Assembly (NCBI GenBank): GCA_048013815.1 | Contig: CM106586.1 | Span: 9,052,001-9,116,000 of the forward strand | Direction: 5' to 3' | Origin: Setoptus koraiensis | Lineage: Eukaryota; Animalia; Arthropoda | DNA: 64,000 bases | Shown: positions 12,158-23,468 of the stretch, piece after piece | Layout: each line of letters begins with the position of its first letter | Position numbering within the stretch: position 1 is the first letter of the stretch | Notes under the pieces: generated by a model | Told to the model about the DNA's origin: nothing | The model's input: only the letters and a program-made list of their open reading frames with translations | The model's database searches: none | Translations under genes and position numbers: made by a program

Positions 12158-13589
12158 TATGGAAAAAATTAAAGTATCCATTGCCAATGAGCTCAGATAC
12201 TTAGAGAAGGAAAAACTCAAACTAAATCAAGACAAAGCCAATTTGCAAGTAGACAATTCCAGGCTGGCATCAAAAACAATCGCTCTACAAAACAATCTCA
12301 AACAATTAGAACTGGATACCTCCAGTACTCTATTAACCAAATATGATAACAACAAATGTGATATCCTACCTGTAATTTATTTGCCCTTGAAACCCACCTG
12401 ATCCAAGGAGAGCCTTTCTTCTCGTGTATATCATGGACGAAAAGAATGCGGAAACTCTCAACATGGAATGACGGTCGCAATCATCTCATTATAGACCTCA
12501 CAAATAGCCAAGAAACGACAAAAAGTGATACTTGTGCCATGTTGGCGAAATCAACATTTCACATTAATTCTTTCAGACCAAGCCTTGACATGGTTATACC
12601 ATCGACATGGGATGACCCTATCAAATACGAAAGCATCAAGGGCGCTCTGCCCCGCCAGTGTCCTGCCAGAAGAACATACCTAGCTGCTTATTTTGGATTG
12701 ATTGCGAGGAAAGAATTTATCATCGATTCATCTCCAATGAATGGTCTCAGTTCCATCATACCGAAGAAAAGGATACACTATGCTTTTGCTGAAAAATCTC
12801 AATTAGACGAATTTGAAGAGATTCTCAAATTAATGCGAATGGATTCGACATCTGATTCTTTTCTATTCAAGTTCGAATGCGGACCTCAAACCAATGAGCA
12901 ATGCTTCATAGAAAAAGGCATGATGATGGGAAGATCTACTTTTCTCATTATACTGCCACCAACTCCAGATAACTTGATTGCGACCAATTACCAGAGTCAT
13001 CTGCTCTATTTGTCATTATCCAGAAGTACAATACCTATTATCATTGGTTCTGAATACATGAAATTACCATTTGATGAGGTAATTGATTGGTGCAGAGCCG
13101 CCATTTGCTCACCGACAGCTAGATTACCGGAGTTACATTTCATACTCAAGACGATACCAGATTCGGATTTTATCAGATTGAAACAACAAGGGAGACGTAT
13201 TTTCGAGAAGTACATGGCAACTTCCGAACAATTATCGGAAACTATCCTAAATATTATTGGTGTTTCCCGATTAAAGTTTCCACCATTCCCTGTGGAAGAA
13301 ATAGTGACTCGAACATATACCATAAGTCAATCGAAAGACTTGACACTGTTATTAAATACCTCTATATTTTCAGAGCAGTATAGGGATCAGTCTCAAGAAA
13401 TACTTGGACCATTTGAGATGCCACAATCTTCATTGAAATTTTACCGCAATTTTTCACTCACTTTATCTCAAAGCTATGATTTGTGGAACGATCGACGTTT
13501 TTCTGTTGATCGTTTGTTTCCAAGTACGCCCTTCGACCCCATTTTACCTGATTTTATCTGATGCCAGATTCATAAAATCGGACTATGGA
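12158..13589 (+). pseudogene. EXTL3: Partial, diverged duplicate of EXTL3 (coiled coil plus GT47 region only)
   Basis: Aligns to about 20133-21849 with a ~270-bp deletion near 12398, a 20-bp deletion near 12458, a 7-bp insertion near 13550 that causes a stop at 13559-13561, and scattered substitutions. It lacks the TM anchor and the GT64 domain. Confidence 0.9.
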
Positions 13590-14485
13590 ATCGGTCTAAG
13601 TGAAAGTTGCCTCTTGAAGGGCGTAGCAGACTTTAAATTACTTAGTGGTCTAAATGATGTTTGCCTTTGCAACATCAAGGGTGTTGCGTGGGGCCGATCA
13701 ATGGCATACGGATTGTTGACTGGCTTCATGGGAGGGGGTTCACTGGGTTTACATGTTTGTGGATCTTGCAATCTATCTGTAATGGACGTCTGTCTAAATG
13801 AGCCAATTCTGGCGAAATTGTAAGGCGGAATACTAGTGTTGTTGCTGTTACTTTTTAATTGGCTACCGCTACCACTGGCTCCGTTGTGTGTAGTGGGAGT
13901 AAATGAGTGACCATTAGTCATACTTCTACCAGCAGCTGACATCTGGGCTGCCTTTGCGGCTGCAGCAGCGGCTAAATCCGCTGCCTCCTTGTCCCTTTTT
14001 TGCTTCCTCTCTAAACAAACAGCAAAAGCGCATCCAACTGCATGACTTAACCTTTCACCTGTGTCACCTATAGCGTGAAATCCATGGCACATCCAACGTC
14101 TAGTGGTACCGTCACGGCAGATATATGCAAATCCGCGTTCGTGATTCCTATCTGGCGCACAAAATGATACTTTCTCTATTGTTTGGTCTACTATTAATCC
14201 TTTTGTTTCACCATCTACGACTCTTAATCCATCGCCTGTAACGAACAGTGTTCCGCGTATTGATTTTCTTTTAGTATTTCTCAATACTTTGAGCGCTTCT
14301 TCACATATTGGCATGCCTCTCGATTCGAACACCTCTACGCAGCCTAGATATTTAATGGGGAATATACAATTCCCTTGCCTGACTCCAATTTCGTCACTAT
14401 GCCACTGATGGACGCCTCGAGATTCTGAGACTTTGTCTTTCTTCCTACGGAAGCTTTCACGAAAGCTCTTCCTCAACCTATTCAT
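13583..14485 (-). CDS. NUMB: Numb (PTB domain plus Numb-family region), C-terminally short
   Basis: [96 protein letters not shown]. Upstream exons are possible. Confidence 0.94.
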   Translation of the reverse strand: MNRLRKSFRESFRRKKDKVSESRGVHQWHSDEIGVRQGNCIFPIKYLGCVEVFESRGMPICEEALKVLRNTKRKSIRGTLFVTGDGLRVVDGETKGLIVDQTIEKVSFCAPDRNHERGFAYICRDGTTRRWMCHGFHAIGDTGERLSHAVGCAFAVCLERKQKRDKEAADLAAAAAAKAAQMSAAGRSMTNGHSFTPTTHNGASGSGSQLKSNSNNTSIPPYNFARIGSFRQTSITDRLQDPQTCKPSEPPPMKPVNNPYAIDRPHATPLMLQRQTSFRPLSNLKSATPFKRQLSLRPIP

Positions 14486-16106
14486 ATCGCTTGATTGGCA
14501 CACTTTTTAGTTTGTTCCACCAAACTGGAAAAACTGTAACTAGTAACAACGCATTAATGCATTAAAATACGATGATGATGTCCAACTTGAATGGATAATA
14601 AACAGATTTATATGCATATATCTCTTGTATTGTGTGCCTTATGAGTACAAATGTGTGGCTGGTCGAATTGTTGTGGATTGAATAAAGAAGTAGGTGCACG
14701 TATATGTGAAGAATTTATATTTCATATATACACGAATACAAGTCATGTAGATATGTCAATATATATGTATATATATATATATATGTACCTGAGTAAGTAT
14801 GCAGAGTTAGCATATACCAATACTACATAAGTATGCTGTTATTATTATTGTTGTTACTGTTGATTTTGTGAAATTGAGTATATGAGTAGAAGGGCCAATT
14901 AATAGTAGCTGTTGTTAGAATGGTGTCTGCAATTTTTGCTTGGCATGGTATTGTCGTTAAAATGGATGGTTATTTGTTGCGTTAAGACGGCTGTTGGCTG
15001 AGATGTCTCACAAGTGAAACAAGACATTATCTGATTGATAAATATTGTGATATGTGTAAATATATTATTAATCCTCCATGTATATAAATTAATGGCTGAT
15101 GGTTAACATTTGCAAGCCGCGATAATGGCGGTGTTTATAGTAGTCGTTAAATGTGTGTAAGAAGATGTCAAATTATCATCATCATGACGGATAGCTGCTT
15201 GGCAGGAATGAGATGATAATGATCATTATAATTATCATCAACTTGGTGATAATATATCAAATATCGAGAAGAAGGGAAACGAATACCATCAACCAACAAC
15301 AATATCTTGTGCCCACCCCCACACATCACACTGCCTGCCTTTCGTGCACTCCGTGGTGGTTACACACTGTTCTCAATGCCGAAAGCACAAGGAGACGCAA
15401 TTAGACTTCACATTAGTCCCATTGATTAGTGCTAGGGCTTGTAGCATGTCCGCGCGGCCGTAACCGCACACTGTGGGGCGTGGGCAAGGTCCCGACACCC
15501 ATACAGCTGCAAATAGAGTCGGCCGTTGTTGTTTTTGTTATTGTTGTTGTTGCGCACTGAGCAACTATATGTAAACCTTGTGCATTACCTGTGCACATTT
15601 TGTTTTACCGTCGTGACAACTTAAAAATTTATATCAAGAATCGACCACTGCTACGCGTGGTATAGATCAAATTAAAATATTCCTTGAGCACCAACAACTT
15701 GTGCACCTGATTCTGGTTGCCATAGTCTAGCAGGCTACCGCAACACCACAAATAGGTGCTCAATCACTGAAGAGACCCGTGACTGAAATCGTGAGTATTC
15801 CATTCGACAAGACCCCATGCACTTGCACAAACAATTCTCTGTGCAGATTATCACGTGATATTCTGTTCCGAAGTCCGAATTCACCCAGTACATACAATGT
15901 ATGCAATCGTAATTCATCTACAGATGTGTAATGATATTTCGGGAATTGTATTGTAAATGTACTACAATTTATTGTTGCTGTAAACGGATGATAGCAATTA
16001 TTATGCTCGTCATTGGTAATGTACAATTTTAATTACTTAGTTTAATCATCAACTTATTTTGACAGCCTATGGGTAGTCTCGGTTGAAGCCGATAGAAACA
16101 TCAGAA

Positions 16107-16484
16107 ATGTGTGCGAACTGTTCACCATTACCATCGTCTGGCATCCAAAAACTACAAGCATGGCTTGGAAGTGAGATGAAAATAGTCATAGCCGATGGTA
16201 GAACATTAATCGGGAAGTTCGCCTGTACAGACCGTGACGCAAATGTGATATTGAAACAATGCTTGGAATACTCAAAATCAGGTGTGTAGACATATTATCA
16301 ACGGTAAAGATCATCATTACCAAATGACTAACTCACAAATTCATCGAAACTAATCACCATTATTTGCCAACTCTCCGAAAATAAACTAGATGATGATTGT
16401 GAATCTCCAGAGGAACCAAGACAACTAGGACTAGTAATGATTCCTGGCAACTATATCAAGTCAGTTGCTATTCTGAAACAATGA
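16107..16484 (+). CDS. NAA38: NatC auxiliary subunit (LSM-domain protein, LSMD1); exons 16107-16281, 16390-16484 (89 aa)
   Basis: Sm1 motif MKIVIADGRTLIGKFACTDRDANVIL is spliced to Sm2 motif EEPRQLGLVMIPGNYI. AATAAA follows the stop directly. Confidence 0.82.
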
Positions 16485-17590
16485 AATAAACATTTTACTT
16501 ATAAGACTATCGCCGTTCTTTGCAGGCGATGGGTCCAAGTTGTTGCTTTCGTATGTTGCCTTGACATGATCCAATAGAATATTGATGCCATAATAATGAA
16601 CTAATGCTGCCGATGTTACGAATACATGAAATATTTGATGACTATGAAGAAAAAAATCACATTTTCCTGGAAAATATCGTTCGGGTATTCTGCTAGCATA
16701 CAATGCAGCCCCAAAGATATAAAGGCCGCCCATCAGTAGTAGGCTAGCAAACGAGGTCTTGAGGCTTATATTTGCCCATATCTGTTGCTCATGTATGTAG
16801 AGCCAATGCAGTCCTGGGATCAACCCTGAACATCCGAATAGTACAAATATCAAGGCTCTGAACGGCCTGTAAGCCGCAGTTCCAAATTTATCATCCAATG
16901 AAAACCAAATAGATAGTGTGGCCAATGAAACAACTCCAGCCAAATAAGAGTGCGCATAAAGTGGCTCGTAGTAGGAGAAACCGTAATGAAGCCAAGGTAC
17001 GAATGAGAATGTGATTAACAAGGCTATTCCACAGTAGTCCAATCTAAACACAAATAAACAATGATTATATAATCGTTAATGTTAGCTTCAGTTTTCTATA
17101 GCAACTCCAAGAAAATAGTGTGAGTATTATTTAAACTTACTTTTGAAACCTTTTAGCCACTTTCTCAGAATGACATGAAAAGGTATGAAATGCTGTAGAG
17201 AACATGTGACATAAGAAAGCTCCTGTCAAGAATGAACCCAAAACAAATTTATCAGTGAATGTCAACCCGTTTGAACCTAGTGTTTTCAAGAAGAAAAACA
17301 CAAATAGGAAACAGGGTATTAGGTGGGTCCTGAATATAGATGCACGGATGATAGGAGATAAAAATGTGAAAAATTGTCAGTTTTGGATTGGTATTATAAT
17401 CGAGCATGTAGAACATAATGTCTCATCAGCAGACCTACCAGATATTGAGTGTTTCGTTGTGCATGAAAAAGACGGATTTCAAACAAATTGCATAGGATTT
17501 CGTAGGCGCCCTGTGGCCATTATGTAGAAAATGGTTATCTCTAAGCCAGTCTGGCTGCTGGGTAAAGTGATTTAATTTTAGGTTCAACAT
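16461..17590 (-). CDS. AdipoR: Adiponectin receptor / PAQR-family membrane protein; exons 17439-17590, 17141-17329, 16461-17043 (307 aa)
   Basis: PDWLRDNHFLHNGHR, HNETLNIW|THL, STAFHTFSCHSEKV, K|LDYCGIALL, YASRIPERYFPGKCDFFLHSHQIFHVFV with the conserved Zn-binding His residues. An additional 5' exon cannot be excluded. Confidence 0.9.
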
Positions 17591-19280
17591 TTTCTTGCTA
17601 ATACAAGTGATGTGCATGTGATTGTGTGATTGATTGCATGAAAAGGGTCAATTGGCGTGTACTGTATCAATTGGTCCTCTGTTTGTGCCGGAAGAAAGTC
17701 TGGTTTCAAAATATCTGCTGAAAAAGTGGTAGCACCACTCAAAGGCTCCGGCTTATGTAATCTATCTATCGGCTCTTGTATTTTGTGACGTTGATGTTGT
17801 GACGTGACGCGTATGTTCTAATGTGCGCAACTAGTAACTAGATTTTGATACATGTATGGTGCTTGAGTTCCTCAGGGACGATAGTGTACGAACTTGAATT
17901 CTTGTTGCTTGGAGAGCGTCGTTCAAGTTGTTATTCAAAGATTCTGATAGAATTGTAGACACGATGGTTAATGTTGTTTGACGTAAAGGGGTAACTAGGA
18001 ATAAGCACGCACCATTCTCTGAGTATCTGCCCTTTTTATTGTTTTGGTGTGTGTGTGTGTGATATTTAAAGTATGTTGAATAATAATCATTAAAATGTAT
18101 TATAGTTCTTTACTACCAATGGTCTGGTAAGATGATGTAAGGAGTACACGACTACAGTGTGTGTGTGCATGAGTGTGGGTGTGTGTCTGAGTATGTGATA
18201 ATGAGAGATACAGGGAGGGATAGTATTAAAATGACAAGTCAGTCGTATTGTCCACTTTCAATCTTATAATACTGATATGCATGTGTGTATACAATGTTTG
18301 CTTGTCATGCTATACAATGATAATAATACTAATATAGATGTCTTATCATTTGTCGGGGATATTCTTTTGTCGTTGTACAATATTGTTAATAGAGAGGTTG
18401 ATTGCAGTTGATAGATAGATTATTAGCGTCGCCTAGTAACGATCTATTACAATTGTAATACTGCGGTGACTCTAAGACAATAGATTGGTGTAGTGGTAAT
18501 AGTAGTGGTATATGGTTGTGATTATCAGTGGGACAGTTCACAGTTGAGTTCAGTTATATATCAATTGACTATCTTGATTGTGTATTAGGCATGTAGTGAG
18601 ACTATCATGGTGGGCATATGTTCGCTTCGTAAACACTACAAATGCTAATATATAGTAATATTGATAATATATTTTATATCAGTAGTTAGATGTGTCGCAC
18701 TCAAAGAAAGAGCTTCTGCACCATCAAATACACACACACGCACACACACACACACTCATTGTGTAGAAGTATCAACAAACAAACTGTAACTACGACGTAC
18801 TACTCTCTAGGCGTACAACATTTATTATTATAATAGCCAATAGAGGCTTACACAGAGTGGTAATAACAACAACAACAACAACAGTAATAATAATAATGTA
18901 GCAGTAGTTCCTCGGAGACACCACGCAATCAGAATGCAAACTACACTACCGTTGCTGGACCACATCACACAGACAACAACAATCAATGCTACTCTTTCTG
19001 TAGTCTCAAATCTTAACGCGAGGTGTCGCTCAGGGATTTGCCTGCTATCTCTTTTGCGCCATCAATGCATGCAGTGTCACAAAAGTATTTGCCGTGTCGG
19101 GCCTAGATCGTGTTTGCTTGTGTCCTCTGGCAGTAACGGATAATGAGGTTGCACACTGATCGCGAATCACAATGCACGAGTTGGCCAAAACAAGCAGCCT
19201 GGTGGCCAGAGTTTACATTTCTCTCAGTGGATCACTCTTTTACCACTGCAGTCTGCAGTATCGAATTCTGCGCTTGCGAT

Positions 19281-19283
<3 letters not shown>

Positions 19284-19318
<35 letters not shown>
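19284..19318. repeat. (CA)n microsatellite
   Basis: Uninterrupted CA run of about 17 units. Confidence 0.95.
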
Positions 19319-19320
<2 letters not shown>

Positions 19321-19818
19321 GCGCTACGTTGACCGATGACGAGCCTATGGGCGATTTCGGTGTACGCCAGCCACGAGTCACATGATTCTATATTGGTGTT
19401 TTGTTGGTTGCTAACAATGCCACACTGTTTATAGGCGCACAATGGAAATATTGTGAGAAAAACTGCATGATTGGCGTAGCACGCGATCAATATCTAAAAA
19501 CGGCCTTCGAAAACAACTGTTGTCATGGCACCAAAGAGGTCTCTTATTCTATATGAGCACATTATTATCATTCAACATACCATTCAGCTATAATCTCAAC
19601 TGGCCATTTGGGCCCTCTATTATTAGATCTATCATGTTGCGATTGCCGTCATTATAGTAGGCCGATGGAAGGCGCTTACTATTTACTTGCTGCATACAAT
19701 CGATTCCCATTAGCAACAATATTAGCCTCAACAGTTGCATCATTAACTGAGGCCACGGACATGAGCCGGACACTGCTTGCATAAGATATTTATTTTTAGT
19801 TTCATCAGACAATCAAAA

Positions 19819-22800
19819 ATGTCGCCCAAGATCAGAGGCTCGCCACTGTTGGCAACCACGCGCCAGTCTTACCGAGATACCCCAACTCATCTATGTGGCA
19901 ATCTCTTCTATTACCTTGTTTGTAATTTTACCAAAAAAAGAATACTAGCGCTTTTGGTAATCGTAGTATTGATTGTACTAGCCGCTCTAGTGCCATTGTA
20001 CATATTTAGCTCTCTAAATGAGGCCGGTGACAATAGTACTAATCCAATGAACAAGTTGAACCACATTCCCATCCTCCAACGACCAATCCACAACTTATCC
20101 TTGTTACTAGACCTCCAACAAAGAATTCGTGATATGGAAAAAATTAAAGTATCCATTGCCAATGAGCTCAGATACTTGGAGAAGGAAAAACTCAAACTAA
20201 ATCAAGACAAAGCCAATTTGCAAGTAGACAATTCCAGGCTGGCATCAAAAACAATCGCTCTACAAAACAATCTCAAACAATTAGAACTAGATATTTCCAG
20301 TACTCTATTAACCAAATATGATAACAACAAATGTGATATCCTACCTGCACTTTATTTGCCCATGCAACCCACCTTCAATCAAATTAATTCCAAAGCCGTA
20401 CAATCTATAGAAGATGACAGCCACTCAATTCAATCTGATCATAAACTTTCTAAAAATCTTCGGGCCTGCTTCAACTTTACTAGGTGTCCTTTGGTCAATG
20501 GATTCAAAGTTTATTTTTACAACTCTTCTCAGTTCCTGGGTACTAGTTATAGTGCTACCATCGATGGAAAAGTTGGCCGCAATTCTTCAGATATGCCTAT
20601 GACAGTGCTTGACAACTTCACTCATTTGAGAAGACTTAGAACTTATGATCAAAGAGAAGCCTGTCTTTTCGTGTATATCATGGACGAAAAGAATGCGGAA
20701 ACTCTTGGTGATTTATACCAATCCCCAACATGGAATGACGGTCGCAATCATCTCATTATAGATCTCACAAATAGCCAAGAAACGACAAAAAGTGATACTT
20801 GTGTCATGTTGGCGAAATCAACATTTCACATTAATTCTTTCAGACCAAGCCTTGACATGGTTATACCATCGACATGGGATAACCCTATCAAATACGAAAG
20901 CATCAAGGGCGCTCTGCCCCGCCAGTGTCCTGCCAGAAGAACATACCTAGCTGCTTATTTTGGATTGATTGCGAGGAAAGAATTTATCATCGATTCATCT
21001 CCAATGAATGGTCTCAGTTCCATCATACCGAAGAAAAGGATACACTATGCTTTTGCTGAAAAATCTCGATTAGACGAATTTGAAGAGATTCTCAAATTAA
21101 TGCGAATGGATTCGACATCTGATTCTTTTCTATTCAAGTTCGAATGCGGACCTCAAACCAATGAGCAATGCTTCATAGAAAAAGGCATGATGATGGGAAG
21201 ATCTACTTTTCTCATTATCCTGCCACCAACTCAAGATAACTTGATTGCGACCAATTACCAGAGTCATCTGCTCTATTTGTCATTATCCAGAAGTACAATA
21301 CCTATTATCATAGGTTCTGAATACATGAAATTACCATTTGATGAGGTAATTGATTGGTGCAGAGCCGCCATTTGCTTACCGACAGCTAGATTACCGGAGT
21401 TACATTTCATACTCAAGACGATACCGGATTCTGATCTTGTCAGATTGAAGCAACAAGGGAGACATATTTTCGAGAAGTACATGGCAACTTCCGAGCAATT
21501 ATTGGAAACTGTCCTCAATATTATTGGTATTTCCCGATTAAAGTTTCCACCACTTCCAGTGCAAGAAATAGTGACTCGAACATATACCATAAGTCAATCG
21601 AAAGACTTGACACTATTATTAAATACCTCTATATTTTCAGAGCAGTATAGGGATCAGTCTCGAGAAATACTTGGACCATTTGAGATGCCACAATCTTCAT
21701 TGAAATTTTACCGCAATTTTTCACTCACTTTATCTCAAAGCTATGATTTGTGGAACGATCGACGTTTTTCTGTTGATCGTTTGTTTCCAAGTACGCCCTT
21801 CGACCCCATTTTACCATCTGATGCCAAATTCATGAAATCAGACTATGGATTTCGACCCATAGCAAATGGAGCTGGAGGCTCTGGATCTGAATTCTCGCGT
21901 TCGCTTGGAGGTGACTGGCCTGGCGAGCAATTTACAATAGTTTTGTTAACTTATGAAAGAGAACCTATCATGCTGAAAACACTATTGCGTTTCGAGAGAC
22001 TACCTTATCTGAATAAAGTACTTGTTGTTTGGAACAGTGAAAGACACCATCCGTCGCCAAATCTCACTTGGCCAGAGATTGGTGTACCAATAAAGGTAGT
22101 GAAGACCGATCGTAACAGCCTGAATAATCGTTTTCTACCATACGACGAAATTGAAACAGACGCCATTTTATCCATAGATGATGACTCCCCTCTAAAGCAA
22201 GATGAGATCATTTTTGGATTTAGGTAATACTCAGTCTATCAAACGTATTTCAAGATAAATTAGGCAATTGTTACAAAAAATATACTAATCATGCACGTCT
22301 ACTCGATCTGATAATATTCTATCCAGGGTTTGGCGCGAATCACGGGATCGCATAGTTGGTTTCCCGGGTCGGTACCACGCTTGGGACGCTCACTCAAGTA
22401 CATGGCAATACAATTCTAATCATTCTTGTGAGCTATCCATGGTTTTGACGGGTGGTGCATTTTATCATAAGGTAAGTGTTTTGACAATCATTTGACTTCA
22501 AATCACATGCACATCCAATCGTGTCATTCACTTACTTACAATAAGATTTTTCGTTTTAAAGTACTATTCCTATCTTTATACTTATAGTATGCCGTCAGCG
22601 ATAAGAGCTTTGGTGGATAAATATACCAATTGTGAAGACATTGCAATGAACTTTCTGGTTTCCCACATAACTAGAAAGCCACCCATAAAGGTAACAAGTC
22701 GTTGGACCTTCCATTGCCCTGGTTGTCCAGTATCTCTGTCTGAGGATGATTCTCATTTCAGAGAAAGGCATGATTGTATAAATACATTTACATCTATTTA

Positions 22801-22900
22801 TGGATATATGCCTTTGATGAGTACTCAACATAGAGCTGACTCTATCTTGTTCAAGACTCGTATCCCGCACGATAAGCAAAAGTGTTTCAAAAATGTTTGA
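19819..22900 (+). CDS. EXTL3: Exostosin-like 3 (brother of tout-velu) glycosyltransferase; exons 19819-22223, 22327-22471, 22562-22900 (962 aa)
   Basis: TM anchor, coiled coil, GT47 region, then GT64 domain ([37 protein letters not shown]|[45 protein letters not shown]). The introns are in phase. Confidence 0.97.
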
Positions 22901-23119
22901 TCCTATCCCTCGATAACCAATCAGCGCCTCATGACTTACGATTTGCAAAATAAATTCCCCAAAGTAGATGGTTGGCAACATGTTTTCACAACAATGTTGC
23001 TGTCACGTGTTTTGGTGACTGCACTTATTCGTAATAGTTTCATAGTTTTTCATCAATACAATTGAAGCCTCTTCCAAGCAGAGGATACCAATAAAGTTTA
23101 TTTGTGGAAATTTTCGTTC

Positions 23120-23443
23120 GTTTCGAAATAGTTGACCAAAATTCCTAGCCCTACCGGTACTTGTATTCGAAATTAGAAGTAACAACACACTCTCCAACAG
23201 CGCACGCAAAACCGCGAATGAGGCGTTTCCGCAAATACCTGTGTGCGGTAGTTCGGGCCGCTTGGGCGCGGCGAGTTTTACCGTGGAATTCATATGTGAA
23301 TATGTGGCGATAGGCGAGCGCACATTTCTCCAATAGAAAAATCACATATTCATATATTGGCTTGTCTAGCTGGCAAAAAGAGGCGTCTTCGTCTGAACCT
23401 AGTGACGACAAACAACAATGTTGAATTTGCTGACATCATTTTG
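23120..23443. repeat. Partner of the inverted ~324-bp repeat at 11824-12147
   Basis: Direct sequence match (reverse complement). It lies between the EXTL3 stop and the protease stop. Confidence 0.92.
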
Positions 23444-23468
23444 TCATCAGTATATGACGAAGTATCAC

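Noticed and set aside
15735-15917. SWIM-finger-like ORF (YHVIICTENCLCKC...EHLFVVLR)
   Set aside because: The Cys/His spacing does not fit, there is no plausible intron to fix it, and the ORF is short with no support.
19588-19812. Signal-peptide-like minus-strand ORF upstream of EXTL3
   Set aside because: I could not build in-phase downstream exons. It may be UTR or promoter sequence.
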